NCBI GenBank assembly: GCA_002269645.1
Contig: NIVC01003229.1
Coordinates: 45,790-109,789 of the forward strand
DNA from: Macrostomum lignano
Taxonomy: Eukaryota
Length of the DNA stretch: 64,000 nucleotides
Direction of reading: 5' to 3'
Shown in pieces: positions 26,581 through 36,707 of the stretch (position 1 is the stretch's first letter; each line of letters opens with the position of its first letter). The notes beneath the pieces were generated by a model, which searched no databases, was not told where the DNA came from, and saw nothing but the letters and a program-made list of their open reading frames with translations. The position numbers were made by a program, and so were the translations under genes.

Positions 26581-27909
26581 CTTTCGATAATCAAGGAACA
26601 ATCACTTCTAGCTCTGTAGCTAGGCAACCCAGTAAGTCAAACGAAGGTATTCAATTACCTTTAGTCCTGTTGAGTAGATCTCTTCCTTGAGTAGATCTCG
26701 TCTGTGTAGATCTCGCGTAGATCTCTTGGTTTCTTCGATCAGGCGCCTTTGTTTCTTTCGTCAAGTCTGGTCCGGTTTCTCCTTTGTCTCTGGCCGGCCG
26801 GTGGCTGTAGTTCGGACCAATGGGAAGCTTCCAATTAACAGTGGGATCCCTGCGCCAAACTGCGGTATAATATAAGCCTACTCTTTCTAGCAGTGCCTCT
26901 ATGCACTCTAGGTATAGCTCCGGAAACCACTGATAGTCTTCAAGGATCTATCAGGGGCAGTCCTTCTGGAGACTGCAACCAGTGGAGTCTAACTAGACTC
27001 GAGAGTCTCAACAGACTCAAATGAATTCAAGTCTCTCTAAACTTGAGCGAGACGTCTCAACCAACGGTCGCAAATGAGTAAGGCTTACCGCAAGAACTCG
27101 ACCGAGTCTCGAGTTGCTTCAGGAAGACTTCGCTAGAGCTTCCTCTTCGGAGCTTTTCCTCTCGGGAAGATGTTGGCTCCGGGTGCGTTCCGGACCACTT
27201 GTATTTATAGGCAAACGGACCATTTTCGAGGTCGTACATCACTGTCTTCGCAAATGTCAAAGGGTCACGATTCGGTGGCTGTCCAGCATGACAGGGTAGA
27301 AAGTTATGCAACTAGTCTACTGTAAAACACACATGATTGGTTACCGTATCTGGTGTTTTTCTGTCGCGTTTGATTGGTTCGCTCGGTGCAGAATGGGTGC
27401 AAGCCAGATGATGAATCGCAAGTGGGGTTAGTTTTGACAAACGTAGGTTACACGTGACCAATGATAAATCGAAAATGGGATTTAACTTGACAATTGTGGG
27501 TCACGAGTGATTGGTTGGTTACTAAAATAACATTACCAACTTTTCGAATTTCTGATTGGTTAATACAAATGTAGCCAAGGTTCAATACTTATTTTTGTAC
27601 GTGCCTTTGCTATACTACTGTATAAGTAGCATGTTAACAAGGTTTATAGATTTTTAAAAAAGATGAAATTCTAACTCTACAAAATCTCCCTTTTTACGAA
27701 AAAAACTCGTCCCGAGATTTAACAATGAAATAATAAAAATTCTGTGGTGATCAAATAATATAGGATATAAACAATTGATTTTGTGCGCGTCTAGCTAAGC
27801 GAGGGTGTGGTCAAAACTCTAAAAACTTTTCAATACATTTCGCGGTCAAAACTCGAATATCGTCAACACGTAGACATTGAGTGGTATCAGGTTCGATGCG
27901 ACACCACTT

Positions 27910-28251
27910 TCAAAACGTGCAGTCTCGCGGCATACTATTAAAAATGGGGCATCCTATCAGGCCTCTACTAGCTGTTTTCTTTAAACAGTGTATGCAAATA
28001 AAATGGGCATGATTACAATATTGAAACGTGCGCCATGAATCACAGTAGGCGCATTGCGTTAAGCTACTTCTACAGAGCGGGCAATTCTGCCAGAGTTCAA
28101 TATAGTGCGCATCGCTTAAGCAAGCTCCGCATATGCGATGTCCGTTTTCACAAATAATTGGTAGCTTGACAGCCAAGTTATCAGTAAAACATATCGGGCA
28201 TTCGTAAAGTTTCTGTAGTTGGGGCGCCTGTTTGGACAGTGCGTTGCCCAT
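27910..28251 (-). CDS. Intronless 113-aa C3HC4 RING protein with a second Cys/His cluster and N-terminal MGxxxS
   Basis: CPIC..CENGHRICGAC..CPLC, then CAYC..CNHAHFICIHC..GCP; starts MGNALS. Confidence 0.7.
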   Translation of the reverse strand: MGNALSKQAPQLQKLYECPICFTDNLAVKLPIICENGHRICGACLSDAHYIELWQNCPLCRSSLTQCAYCDSWRTFQYCNHAHFICIHCLKKTASRGLIGCPIFNSMPRDCTF

Positions 28252-28549
28252 TGCCGTCGTCGCTTGAAGTTTGAAGTCGCTCAGATTAGTCGCATTTTAC
28301 GACAAGCTTGCGAAGCTGTAGTGCTATTCTTTATCCCGGTCACTACACGGGGTTGGTCTCGAAACTTAACGCGGTCGTATGTTGTAACCATGCTGCTGGC
28401 TCTTCGTGCTTCGTTGTGACGTGGCGGTTCGTCGATCGCGTGCGATCGGCGTTGTCCAGTGACGGTAGAAACGCTGTCGTGTCGGTGCCGATCTTCTTCA
28501 GCCGATGAATGTGCACGTAGAATTGGTGCTGATGAGGATCTTGCACATT

Positions 28550-30190
28550 AGGCCGGGCGCCCATATAATTCTAATCCTGTTAAGGACTGAGAGAGATTGC
28601 ACACCTCGGTGGCATTGAGATACTGTAGCAGCGGAGATTTTCTCAGTGGTTAAAGCCTTGATAGCGGCTTTGCTATCAGTGTAAAAGTTAATATTGAAGT
28701 TATTATCGTTCGCTGGAGTAGGTGCTGGGCGCACTGCTCAATGGCGCAAATTTCAGCTTGGAAAATCGAGGTGTTCTCACCGAGGAGGTGCAAACTTTCT
28801 TAGAAGAGCATCTTACTTTCGTGGAATAAGGCAATACCCGCTCCAGCGTGGCCATTAAACAACGAGCCGTCGGTGAAGCAGTGAATGCCCTGGCTGCGCC
28901 GGTTCACGCCGACATTCAGCGGAATGCTGTCTCGGCCAGGGATGGCGGCCTAGAAGCCCCTCCTGATGTTGAGAGCGGGGAGGCGACTATCCACATGGAC
29001 CTGGACAATGAGGTCGCGGCGGACAAAATCCATATGTGGGCTTAGGGTTTTCATTGGCATAAAGTCAGAGGGTACGTTATTTAACGTTTTGTCTCTGATA
29101 AGTCGAGAGGCGGACTTCATAGCCTCCGCCGTAATAAATAGGTGAAGCGGAGGCAAATTAAGGCTAGTGTTCAGCCCCTCGTAGGGGGTTGACGGAAGGG
29201 GGCCGTAGCCCAGCGGTAGCGCAGCTGCTCTGGTGTGCCGCGACCCAGGCTCGATTCCAAGTGCAGCCACATTAATTTGGGGCTGGATTGGAATCTTGGC
29301 TTGGCTGCTCGCTTGTGCAATTAACGGCCTTGAGAGCCAACCCCCAAGGCGCAGTGAAGTGTACATGCCTAATAATTCATAAAGTTAGGGCCGCTGTACA
29401 CTCCTGTGTGAGTGTGTGCCTGCGTAACGTATCCGCGCGCTTGTATGCCTGCTCAGGGGAGTCGGCGGAATGGGCAGTAATGCCTCTCGCCGGTTGTGTG
29501 CCAATGACGCTTAAATTGCGCCAGGGTGCACACAACCCCCTGCCTCTAATAAAAAAGGGGGTTGACGGGTACGCACCTGTGATGGTGCGACAGATTCTGC
29601 CCTGCAGTTGGTAAAGACGCTCGTGGGCGGTCTTCTGCTCTAGCGCGCTAGTCCAGATGAGGCTCGCGTACGTGATGCTGGGCGGATGATGCCGGTATAA
29701 ATCCAACGGAACGTTCTTGGCGAGAGGCCCCACGTCAGCCCGATGGCTCTGCGCAGCTGGGCAAAGCAGCGTTTTGCCCGGAAAATGACGTCTTCAAGGT
29801 GCTTCGTCCAGCGCAGGTCATGCGTTAGCGTCACACCGAGGTATTTGACCTCCTTCTTGAAGGGGATGTTTCTGCCATAGACAGTGAGGTTTTGCATCTC
29901 CCACGCACGGCGCTTGCTGAAGACGACAGCAACAGTCTTAGACGCTGATTTTTAGGCGATGTTGCGTGGCCCAGTCAGCCGCCTTGTCGGCGAATTGCTG
30001 CATCAGGTTGCGCAGAGTGGCGGGGTCGGGTCCGCTGACGACCGCGGCAACGTCATCGGCGTAGCCCGCCCTGGTGATACTGCTGGGAATGTCAGCGGTT
30101 AGGAGCTCGTCCATGACGAGATTCCAAAGAAGTGGAGTCAGCACGCCACCTTGCCTTTCATCACTACTTCGCAGCCACCTGCCCTGCAAA
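28550..30190 (-). mobile_element. Second copy of the same Loa/R1-type LINE (RT to RNase H), interrupted by a SINE
   Basis: [34 protein letters not shown]; closely similar to 25540-26580. Confidence 0.9.
29196..29555 (+). mobile_element. 360-bp tRNA-derived SINE with a 13-bp TSD
   Basis: A box TAGCCCAGCGG, B box GGCTCGATTCC, A-rich tail; AGGGGGTTGACGG at 29183-29195 and 29556-29568; empty site visible in the other LINE copy near 26300. Confidence 0.9.
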
Positions 30191-30220
30191 AAGGCAGCAG
30201 GGGGGATCCGTCCTCCATCA

Positions 30221-32530
30221 GAAGACCAAAAACGAGGAAGCTGGCCGCTTCCACGCCAGGCCTGAGCGAAAGAGAAGGCGGAAAAGCCTCCTCAAAGAGC
30301 GAAAAGCTGCGCGATGTCACAGAGTCCCTCGGTTTAAGTTTCCATTTGCCCCCGTGACTCATGGTTAGTGATCGGTGAGAGGCACAAGTGACTCATGGTT
30401 GGTGATCGGTGAGGGGCACAAGTGACTCATGGCTGGTGATCGGTGAGAGGGCCCCCGATGGCGTTTCAAAATGCCTCTGTAGTACGAGACAGACTAGGCC
30501 TATGGGCTATGGTCTGCGATGTTTCACGCCCCCCCCAACTGTGCACGTAAAGGTTGGTATGAGATCTGCACTATCTATTTGTCTCTTTTTGCCACAGACT
30601 CCCCCAAGCTGTTTCGTTAGCCAACTTAGAAACTCTTCCCACTGGTGTGCAAGGCAGACCCTCGGTCTCTGGTGCTGGCGACCCATCCAGTAGCTCCGGC
30701 CGAACTGGGGTATGTGGCTTTGCAGGCCTTGGTTCTGACAAACGTACCCGGCCCTATAACGCCTGAGGCGTTCTCTGCGCTGCTAGGCTGGAAGGCCGGG
30801 GAGTAGTCCGGTCGCTAGTGGTCCACCTTCTGGTGTCAAGCCAGCCTTGAGGAATCTTTTTTTGGCATCCTGCCTGGTCAGGTGGAGCGGCCAGATAGGT
30901 ATCGCGGCCCTCGTGAATAACTCATCAACTTGTATCATGGCTTCGAGCCGACTGTGGATAATGCACTCAAACTAGGGACGGGACCTTTCTAAACCCAACC
31001 TCGGTCCGAAAGACCGGCCGGCTCTACGGGCAGATCCAACCGACTGACTCAACCATGGAGAACTGAAAAAAACAAGAACTGACGGGGTCTGCTTGCAGAT
31101 CCAACTGGAGCCATAAAACTAAAGATACCTGAAAACATGCCGGCCTTGCCAGTGGATCAAAGAGAACCTTGCGAGCTCTAAGCTCAAAGAACCGACCAGA
31201 GCTCGCAGATCAAAAAAGCTCGACAGAGATCAGAAGATCACAAGTTAGTTGCAACAGGGGAAGATGAAAGAATGCTTAAGCCATGGGAGAAGTGTGTTGC
31301 TGCGAGTGAAGACTGTGATGAGAAGGCTGCTTCGAAGGCTTCTGAATATAAGAATGACAGCAATTTCTTCCCATATGGACAAAGCGCCTCTTTGAATATT
31401 CTGCCACTTTCACTTAAAGACCAAAAACGAGGAAGCTGGCCGCTTCCACACCAGGCCTGAGCCAAAGAGGAGGGGGAAAAGCCTCCTCGAAGAGCAAAAA
31501 GCTGGCAGATGTCACAGAGTCCCTCGGTTTAAGTTGCCATTTGCCCCCCGTGACTCATGGTTGGTGATCGGTAAGGGGCACAAGTGACACATGGTTGGTG
31601 ATCGGTGAGAGGGCCCCCGATGGCGTTTCAGAATGCCTCTGTAGTACGAGACAGACTAGGCCTATAGGCTATGGTCTGCGATGTTTAACGCCGCCCCCCC
31701 CCCCCTACTGTGCACGTCAAGGTTGGTAAGAGATCTGCACCATCTATTTGTCTCTTTTTGCCGCAGACTCCCCCAAGCTGTTTCTTTAACTCTTCTCCAC
31801 TGGTGTGCAAGGCAGAACCCAGGGCTCTGGTGCTGGTGACCCATCCACTAGCTCCGGCCGAACTGGGGTATGCGGCTTGCTTGGTTCTGCCCAACGTACG
31901 CGGCCCTCTAACGCCTAAGGCGTTCTCTGCGCTGCTAGGCTGGAAGGCCGGGGAGTAGTCCGGTCGCTAGCGGTCCACCTTCTGGTGTCGAGCCAGCTTT
32001 GAGGAATCTTTTTTTGGCATCCTGCCTGGTCAGGTGGAGCGGCCAGATAGGTATTGCGGCCCTCGTGGGTAACTCATCAACTTGTATCATGGCTTCGAGC
32101 CGACTGTGGATAATGCACTCAAACTAGGGACGAGGACCTTTCTAAACCCAACCTCGGTCCGAAAGACCGGCTGGCTCTACGGGCAGATCCCAACCGACTG
32201 ACTGAATCATGGAGAACTGAAAAAAAAGAACTGACAGGGTCTGATTGCAGATCCAACTGGAGCCATAAAACTAAAGATACCTGAAAACATGCCGGCCTTG
32301 TCACTGGACCCAAAGAGAACCTTGTGAGCTCTAAGCTTAAACAACCGGCCAGAGCTGGCAGATAAAAAAAGCTCGACGGAGATGCTTAAGCCATGAGAGA
32401 AGTGTGTTGCTGCGAGTGAAGACTGTGATGAGAAGGCTGCTTCGAAGGCTTCTGAATATAATAATGACATCAATTTCTTTCCATATGGACAAAGCGCCTC
32501 TTTGAATATTCTGCCACTTTCACTTAAAGA
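30221..32530. repeat. Diverged tandem duplication (~1.1-1.2-kb unit, two copies)
   Basis: AAGACCAAAAACGAGGAAGCTGGCCGCTTCCAC at 30221 and ~31417; GACAAAGCGCCTCTTTGAATATTCTGCC at 31378 and 32488. Confidence 0.9.
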
Positions 32531-32752
32531 CTATCAGTGCGAGTCGATGATTATTTAATGAAAGAAAGAAAGAAAGAGAAAGAAAGAAAGAAAGAAAGAA
32601 ATGACTCAATCAGATTTCATTGCATCAGTTTTTTATGCAGGTCTTGGATTTTTAACTGAACAATGTTTATTCAGCTTGAACTTTTATATTTTGCTGTTAA
32701 ATGGTGTGTTTAAAGTTTTGGTCAAATTCCAGCTAGTCAGTAGCTGTTCGGC

Positions 32753-34360
32753 TCAGATATATGTAGTAAGCAATGCGAATATTTCCATTCCACCAGGGCC
32801 ACCACACGTTTCGTTTTCAAGGCCTTTCTTGCATCGCGTGTTACAGTACTCCTTAGACGCTGCCATTCCTTGCTGTATTTTATTGCCACAGTAGCACTCG
32901 TCGCCATTTGCTAGACCAAAATATTTGTATGACCATTGCAAGCAGCCTTCAGCACACATTCTTTGATTCATAGCCGCAAAATGTATATCAAACATGAAGT
33001 CCAAGACCGTTTCGTCTTTTTGAAACAAATAACATCCCTTTGACGGCGCTAAAAAACACAAAAGTGTGAGTCTGTACATTTTTGACAGCTAATAAATCAA
33101 ACGGCTACGGGTTAAAGAAACGGCTGTTCACTTACCCGGCACTATTACAGCCGTAGTAGGTGGCACTTCGAAGATACTCATACCAAAACTGCCAACACAA
33201 GTTTCCCGGATGTTTCCCGGACACCTGCGATCGCACCTTGATGGCAAAATCGGCTTTGAACTGATGTAGTTTCCGCAATAGCATTTTGTTTTTTGTACTC
33301 CAAAATATTGTTTGTTAATGTCTCGACATGCCCAAAGGCATGTACGCAGAAACATGTTGGAGTCCGTTTTGACTTTTTTTAGTAGAGCACTTTTATGGTC
33401 AAAATGCAAAAAACAGCCCTGATAATATGTTCCTGAAATTTTTTGGTAAAAATTCAATTATTGTTTGTAGGATTATGTACGCCAGTGCATTATAAATACA
33501 TGTGAATACAATTTCTAAGGCCACCAAGTCACAACACATCTGCAAGCAGATCAACTTGGTCGCATATCAAGGTAGTGTTAGTCGCTGCGAAGCCCAGGGA
33601 AGTGGTCGCTGTGGCGCTAACTATTGATTCGAATAGTCAGGCATATGCATTTTGGTTTTGCAGCTTCAGTATGAAACAAATTATGGTCCTCAGAAGGGCA
33701 AGACGCATTATGAAGGTAAGGCACTCTCGCAAAGGCATGAGGAAGATAAGGGTCAACACGAGAGAGAAGCTGAAGAAGCGCACAAATACACAACAGACTC
33801 AACAGGACAAGGAAGTCAGCGAGTCGAGTCAAAATGTCACCTGGCATAACGGACCAAATTAAGATGCATTCTATCTAAGTAGCTGGAGAATGCTTGCTTT
33901 ATAAATGCGTACACCTATTTAACGTCTAGCCTATTTAGCCTAGCCGTTTATATGTTTTGGGGTTAATAGATACTTACCTGTTATATCTGAAATTGAGATA
34001 TGGGAACTCGGTTATTGTTGGTAAAATAGCACCGCAAATACTCAGAATTAAAATACGAAATCAGTGAAATACATCCTAATTGTAAAGCCAAAATTAAATA
34101 AATGCGTAAATTAATTTTTACTTTCAGCTAGTAATTAAAAATCTATGAATAAATATCAATTGGCATTAGAATGACGCGTAGGCACTTACTGACGTAGCCT
34201 GAAAGTAAAGCCCGGTATAATTTTTAATGCAAATACACATAAGATAATACTAATACTATTTCAATTAAATTCATACTAATCCATCCCGAGTATAGAGGCT
34301 TACCTCCGAAGACGCTTGAAACCGCAACAAGAGGAACAGAGCAAGAGTTGCAAACTGCAT
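32753..34360 (-). CDS. Secreted double-WSC protein (WSC-3); exons 34360-34304, 34198-34190, 33986-33978, 33432-33136, 33048-32753
   Basis: Paralog of WSC-2 with the same exon structure; intact 297-bp WSC exon; exon 1 is 57 bp versus 58 bp in WSC-2 (single-base loss); TATAAAA at 34461-34455. Confidence 0.85.
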
Positions 34361-34513
34361 GATTGCTTCAATTGCTTTTTTGCTTCGAGAGTTTGTTTTA
34401 CTAGACTCCTGTATTTGTCGAAAACTTGATTCGGCAGCCTTGAGCCTCTCTTTCTTTTATAGAGCTCGAATGCAAATTCTTAAAATAAATTTGTGCCACG
34501 TTGCAAATTCCTA

Positions 34514-35514
34514 AGTAGAATGCATGAGGGGGCTTCTGGGACAAAATTTTTCACCTCCTCCATAATCCACCTAAATCCATCCATATTATCCCTGACAGAA
34601 TCAGAAAAAAGGGGGGTCGCACTCGCTCACAAAACATCCTCCATAATCCACCTAAATCCATCCATATTATCCCTGACAGAATCAGAAATAAAGGGGGTCG
34701 CACTTGCTCCGAAAACTTCGAACATAATCCTATTAAATCGATCCATTATTATCCTGACCGCTTCCGGACATTTGCCCTCCGGCACTTCCCTCCGGCACTT
34801 GCCCTCCGGCACTTCCCCTCGGCGGCGTTTGCCCTCCGGACATTTGCCCTCCGGGACATTTCCCCTCCGGACATTTGCCCTCCGGACATTTCCCCTCGGG
34901 GACATTTGCCCTCGGGGACATTTGCCCTCCGGACATTTGCCCTCCGGACATTTCCCCTCCGCACATTTGCCCTCTGCAAATTTACCCCCTCGCACATTAC
35001 TCACCTCACCTCCTCCTGTACCCACCCGTCGTTCCTCCAGCACCAACCTCATCCTCCCGCCTCTTGCATCCATCGGGTTCTTCTCCAGCCAACAACTCAT
35101 CCTTTTCTAGTAAGCAATATATACCCGCGCCCTACCCTATCCCCAGCCTTACCTGTACTTTTTCCAGAGGGGAAATGTCCGGAGGGCAAATGTCCGGAGG
35201 GCAAATGTCCGAGGGCAAATGTCCCCGAGGGCAAATGTCCGGAGGGCAAATGTCCGGAGGGCAAATGTCCCCGAGGGCAAATGTCCTCGAGGGCAAATGT
35301 CCGGAGGGGAAATGCCGGAGGGCAAATGTCCGGAGGGCAAATGCCGGAGGGCAAATGTCCGGTAGCCATCCCTGACAGAATCAGAGCATAACAGATGTCC
35401 ACTAACACCTGTTATGCTCACTGACACCGACATCCACCCATAACATTTCTAAAACAATCAGAAAATAATCTGCATTCTTCTCCCCACATTCAATTCGCAA
35501 CGCGAAACCAGATC
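34514..35514 (+). repeat. Left TIR of the Polinton, interrupted by a 610-bp insertion
   Basis: 34514-34757 plus 35368-35514 match the reverse complement of 50472-50855 with about 7 substitutions. Confidence 0.95.
34758..35367. mobile_element. Foldback-like MITE with arrays of GGACATTTGCCCTCC in opposite orientations
   Basis: Absent from the right TIR; flanked by ATCCTGA / ATCCCTGA (probable 8-bp TSD with a 1-nt loss). Confidence 0.8.
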
Positions 35515-35580
35515 CCTAAAACTTTAAATCATCAGCGCAGGGTCCTTACCCATTGAAAAAAATCTAATTTTTCTCTAAAA

Positions 35581-35816
35581 ATGTTTGCAGTTGTCTCTCC
35601 AGGTTCTTATTACAAAGCGGACGAGCCTAATTACAAGAGTAAGTACAATGCAAGAAGGAATGCAGTGAGTACATGATAAAATATTGGCCCAACGTTGATA
35701 TCAATGTCCCTAATATTAATCTAGCTCTCCAAAGACACTGGTTTCATAAGTATGGAGTAGTCATTAACGATTACGACAGCTACTATAACTTTGCAGAAAT
35801 CATTAAGCAATTGTGA
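35581..35816 (+). CDS. Small Polinton ORF (~78 aa if one -1 frameshift is corrected), function unknown
   Basis: TAAAAATG start; MFAVVSPGSYYKADEPNYKSKY / KKECSEYMIKYWPNV...FAEIIKQL*. Confidence 0.45.
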
Positions 35817-35820
35817 TTTC

Positions 35821-36684
35821 TTACATTCTCTCAATGATCAACGTCAATACAAACTCTTCCCCATTAAAATCAACGCCCATCCCATCTTCAGTCTCAAACT
35901 GTAGCACAATCTCGTGAATCTCTTTATTACTCAATACAACTCTTTTCACTGGATTTGGTTTCTCTACCACCATCTGTCCTCCAGCAACAGAGTTGGAGAT
36001 GTTGTACAAAATATTCGTTCGCTTTCCCTTAAATACCCAATCAAGACTGAGATTGCTTCTGATTAGAATATTCAAACCCTTTACAATGTCTGCAATATTG
36101 GGTGCTAAGAACAAACCGCTTACACTTTCCCGGACCATTCTAACAGTCCCCGATGCTTGAGTGGCGGTCTGCGCCGCGGATTCTGCCTTATAAACTTTCT
36201 TCTCGAATCCTAGTTCCCTATACCAAGTGTCATCTTTAAACTCAACCTCCGCATTTTTGTGAACTTGCATGACCACTCTCATTACAGTGAGATCATAGGT
36301 TAGTTTGACAGGGAACAGTTTCTTCTCTGGCTTACTCGCATCAGGTGTCTCAAAATGGCCTCTCTTAGTAAAGACATTTTCTAGAAAGTTATTGTAGGTA
36401 TCCACACTTTGCGTGCTCACATGGAATACCACAGGGTCTTCTGCTGCACCTTTCCATTTGTAATAAAACTTATTATTTGCTGCCATCACATTGGGAACGT
36501 TTGACCAACCAGTGAAGTCGTTAAGATAGACATGGTAATTAGCACCTGGATCCAGGCGAATCGCCTGCTCTAATTTTTCATTAAATATCCCGTTTGAGTC
36601 ATTAATTCGCCCGGTTACTGTAATAGGAATGCTCTCCTTAGAGTGTGAAACAATGTTGTTTAGTCTTTCGGCTATAGCTTCCAT
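35821..36684 (-). CDS. Minor capsid protein (penton-like), intact
   Basis: ~287 aa; IRLDPGANYHVYL..WSNVPNVMAANNKFYY resembles Polinton penton N-termini; adjacent to MCP. Confidence 0.75.
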   Translation of the reverse strand: MEAIAERLNNIVSHSKESIPITVTGRINDSNGIFNEKLEQAIRLDPGANYHVYLNDFTGWSNVPNVMAANNKFYYKWKGAAEDPVVFHVSTQSVDTYNNFLENVFTKRGHFETPDASKPEKKLFPVKLTYDLTVMRVVMQVHKNAEVEFKDDTWYRELGFEKKVYKAESAAQTATQASGTVRMVRESVSGLFLAPNIADIVKGLNILIRSNLSLDWVFKGKRTNILYNISNSVAGGQMVVEKPNPVKRVVLSNKEIHEIVLQFETEDGMGVDFNGEEFVLTLIIERM

Positions 36685-36707
36685 TTTTTTCACCCACAAA
36701 AAAATAT

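Noticed and set aside
30690-30960. Possible HDV-like ribozyme in the duplicated unit
   Set aside because: Could not build the nested double pseudoknot by eye.
34493-35433. Several EGKCP/GHLPS repeat ORFs
   Set aside because: Products of the foldback MITE arrays.
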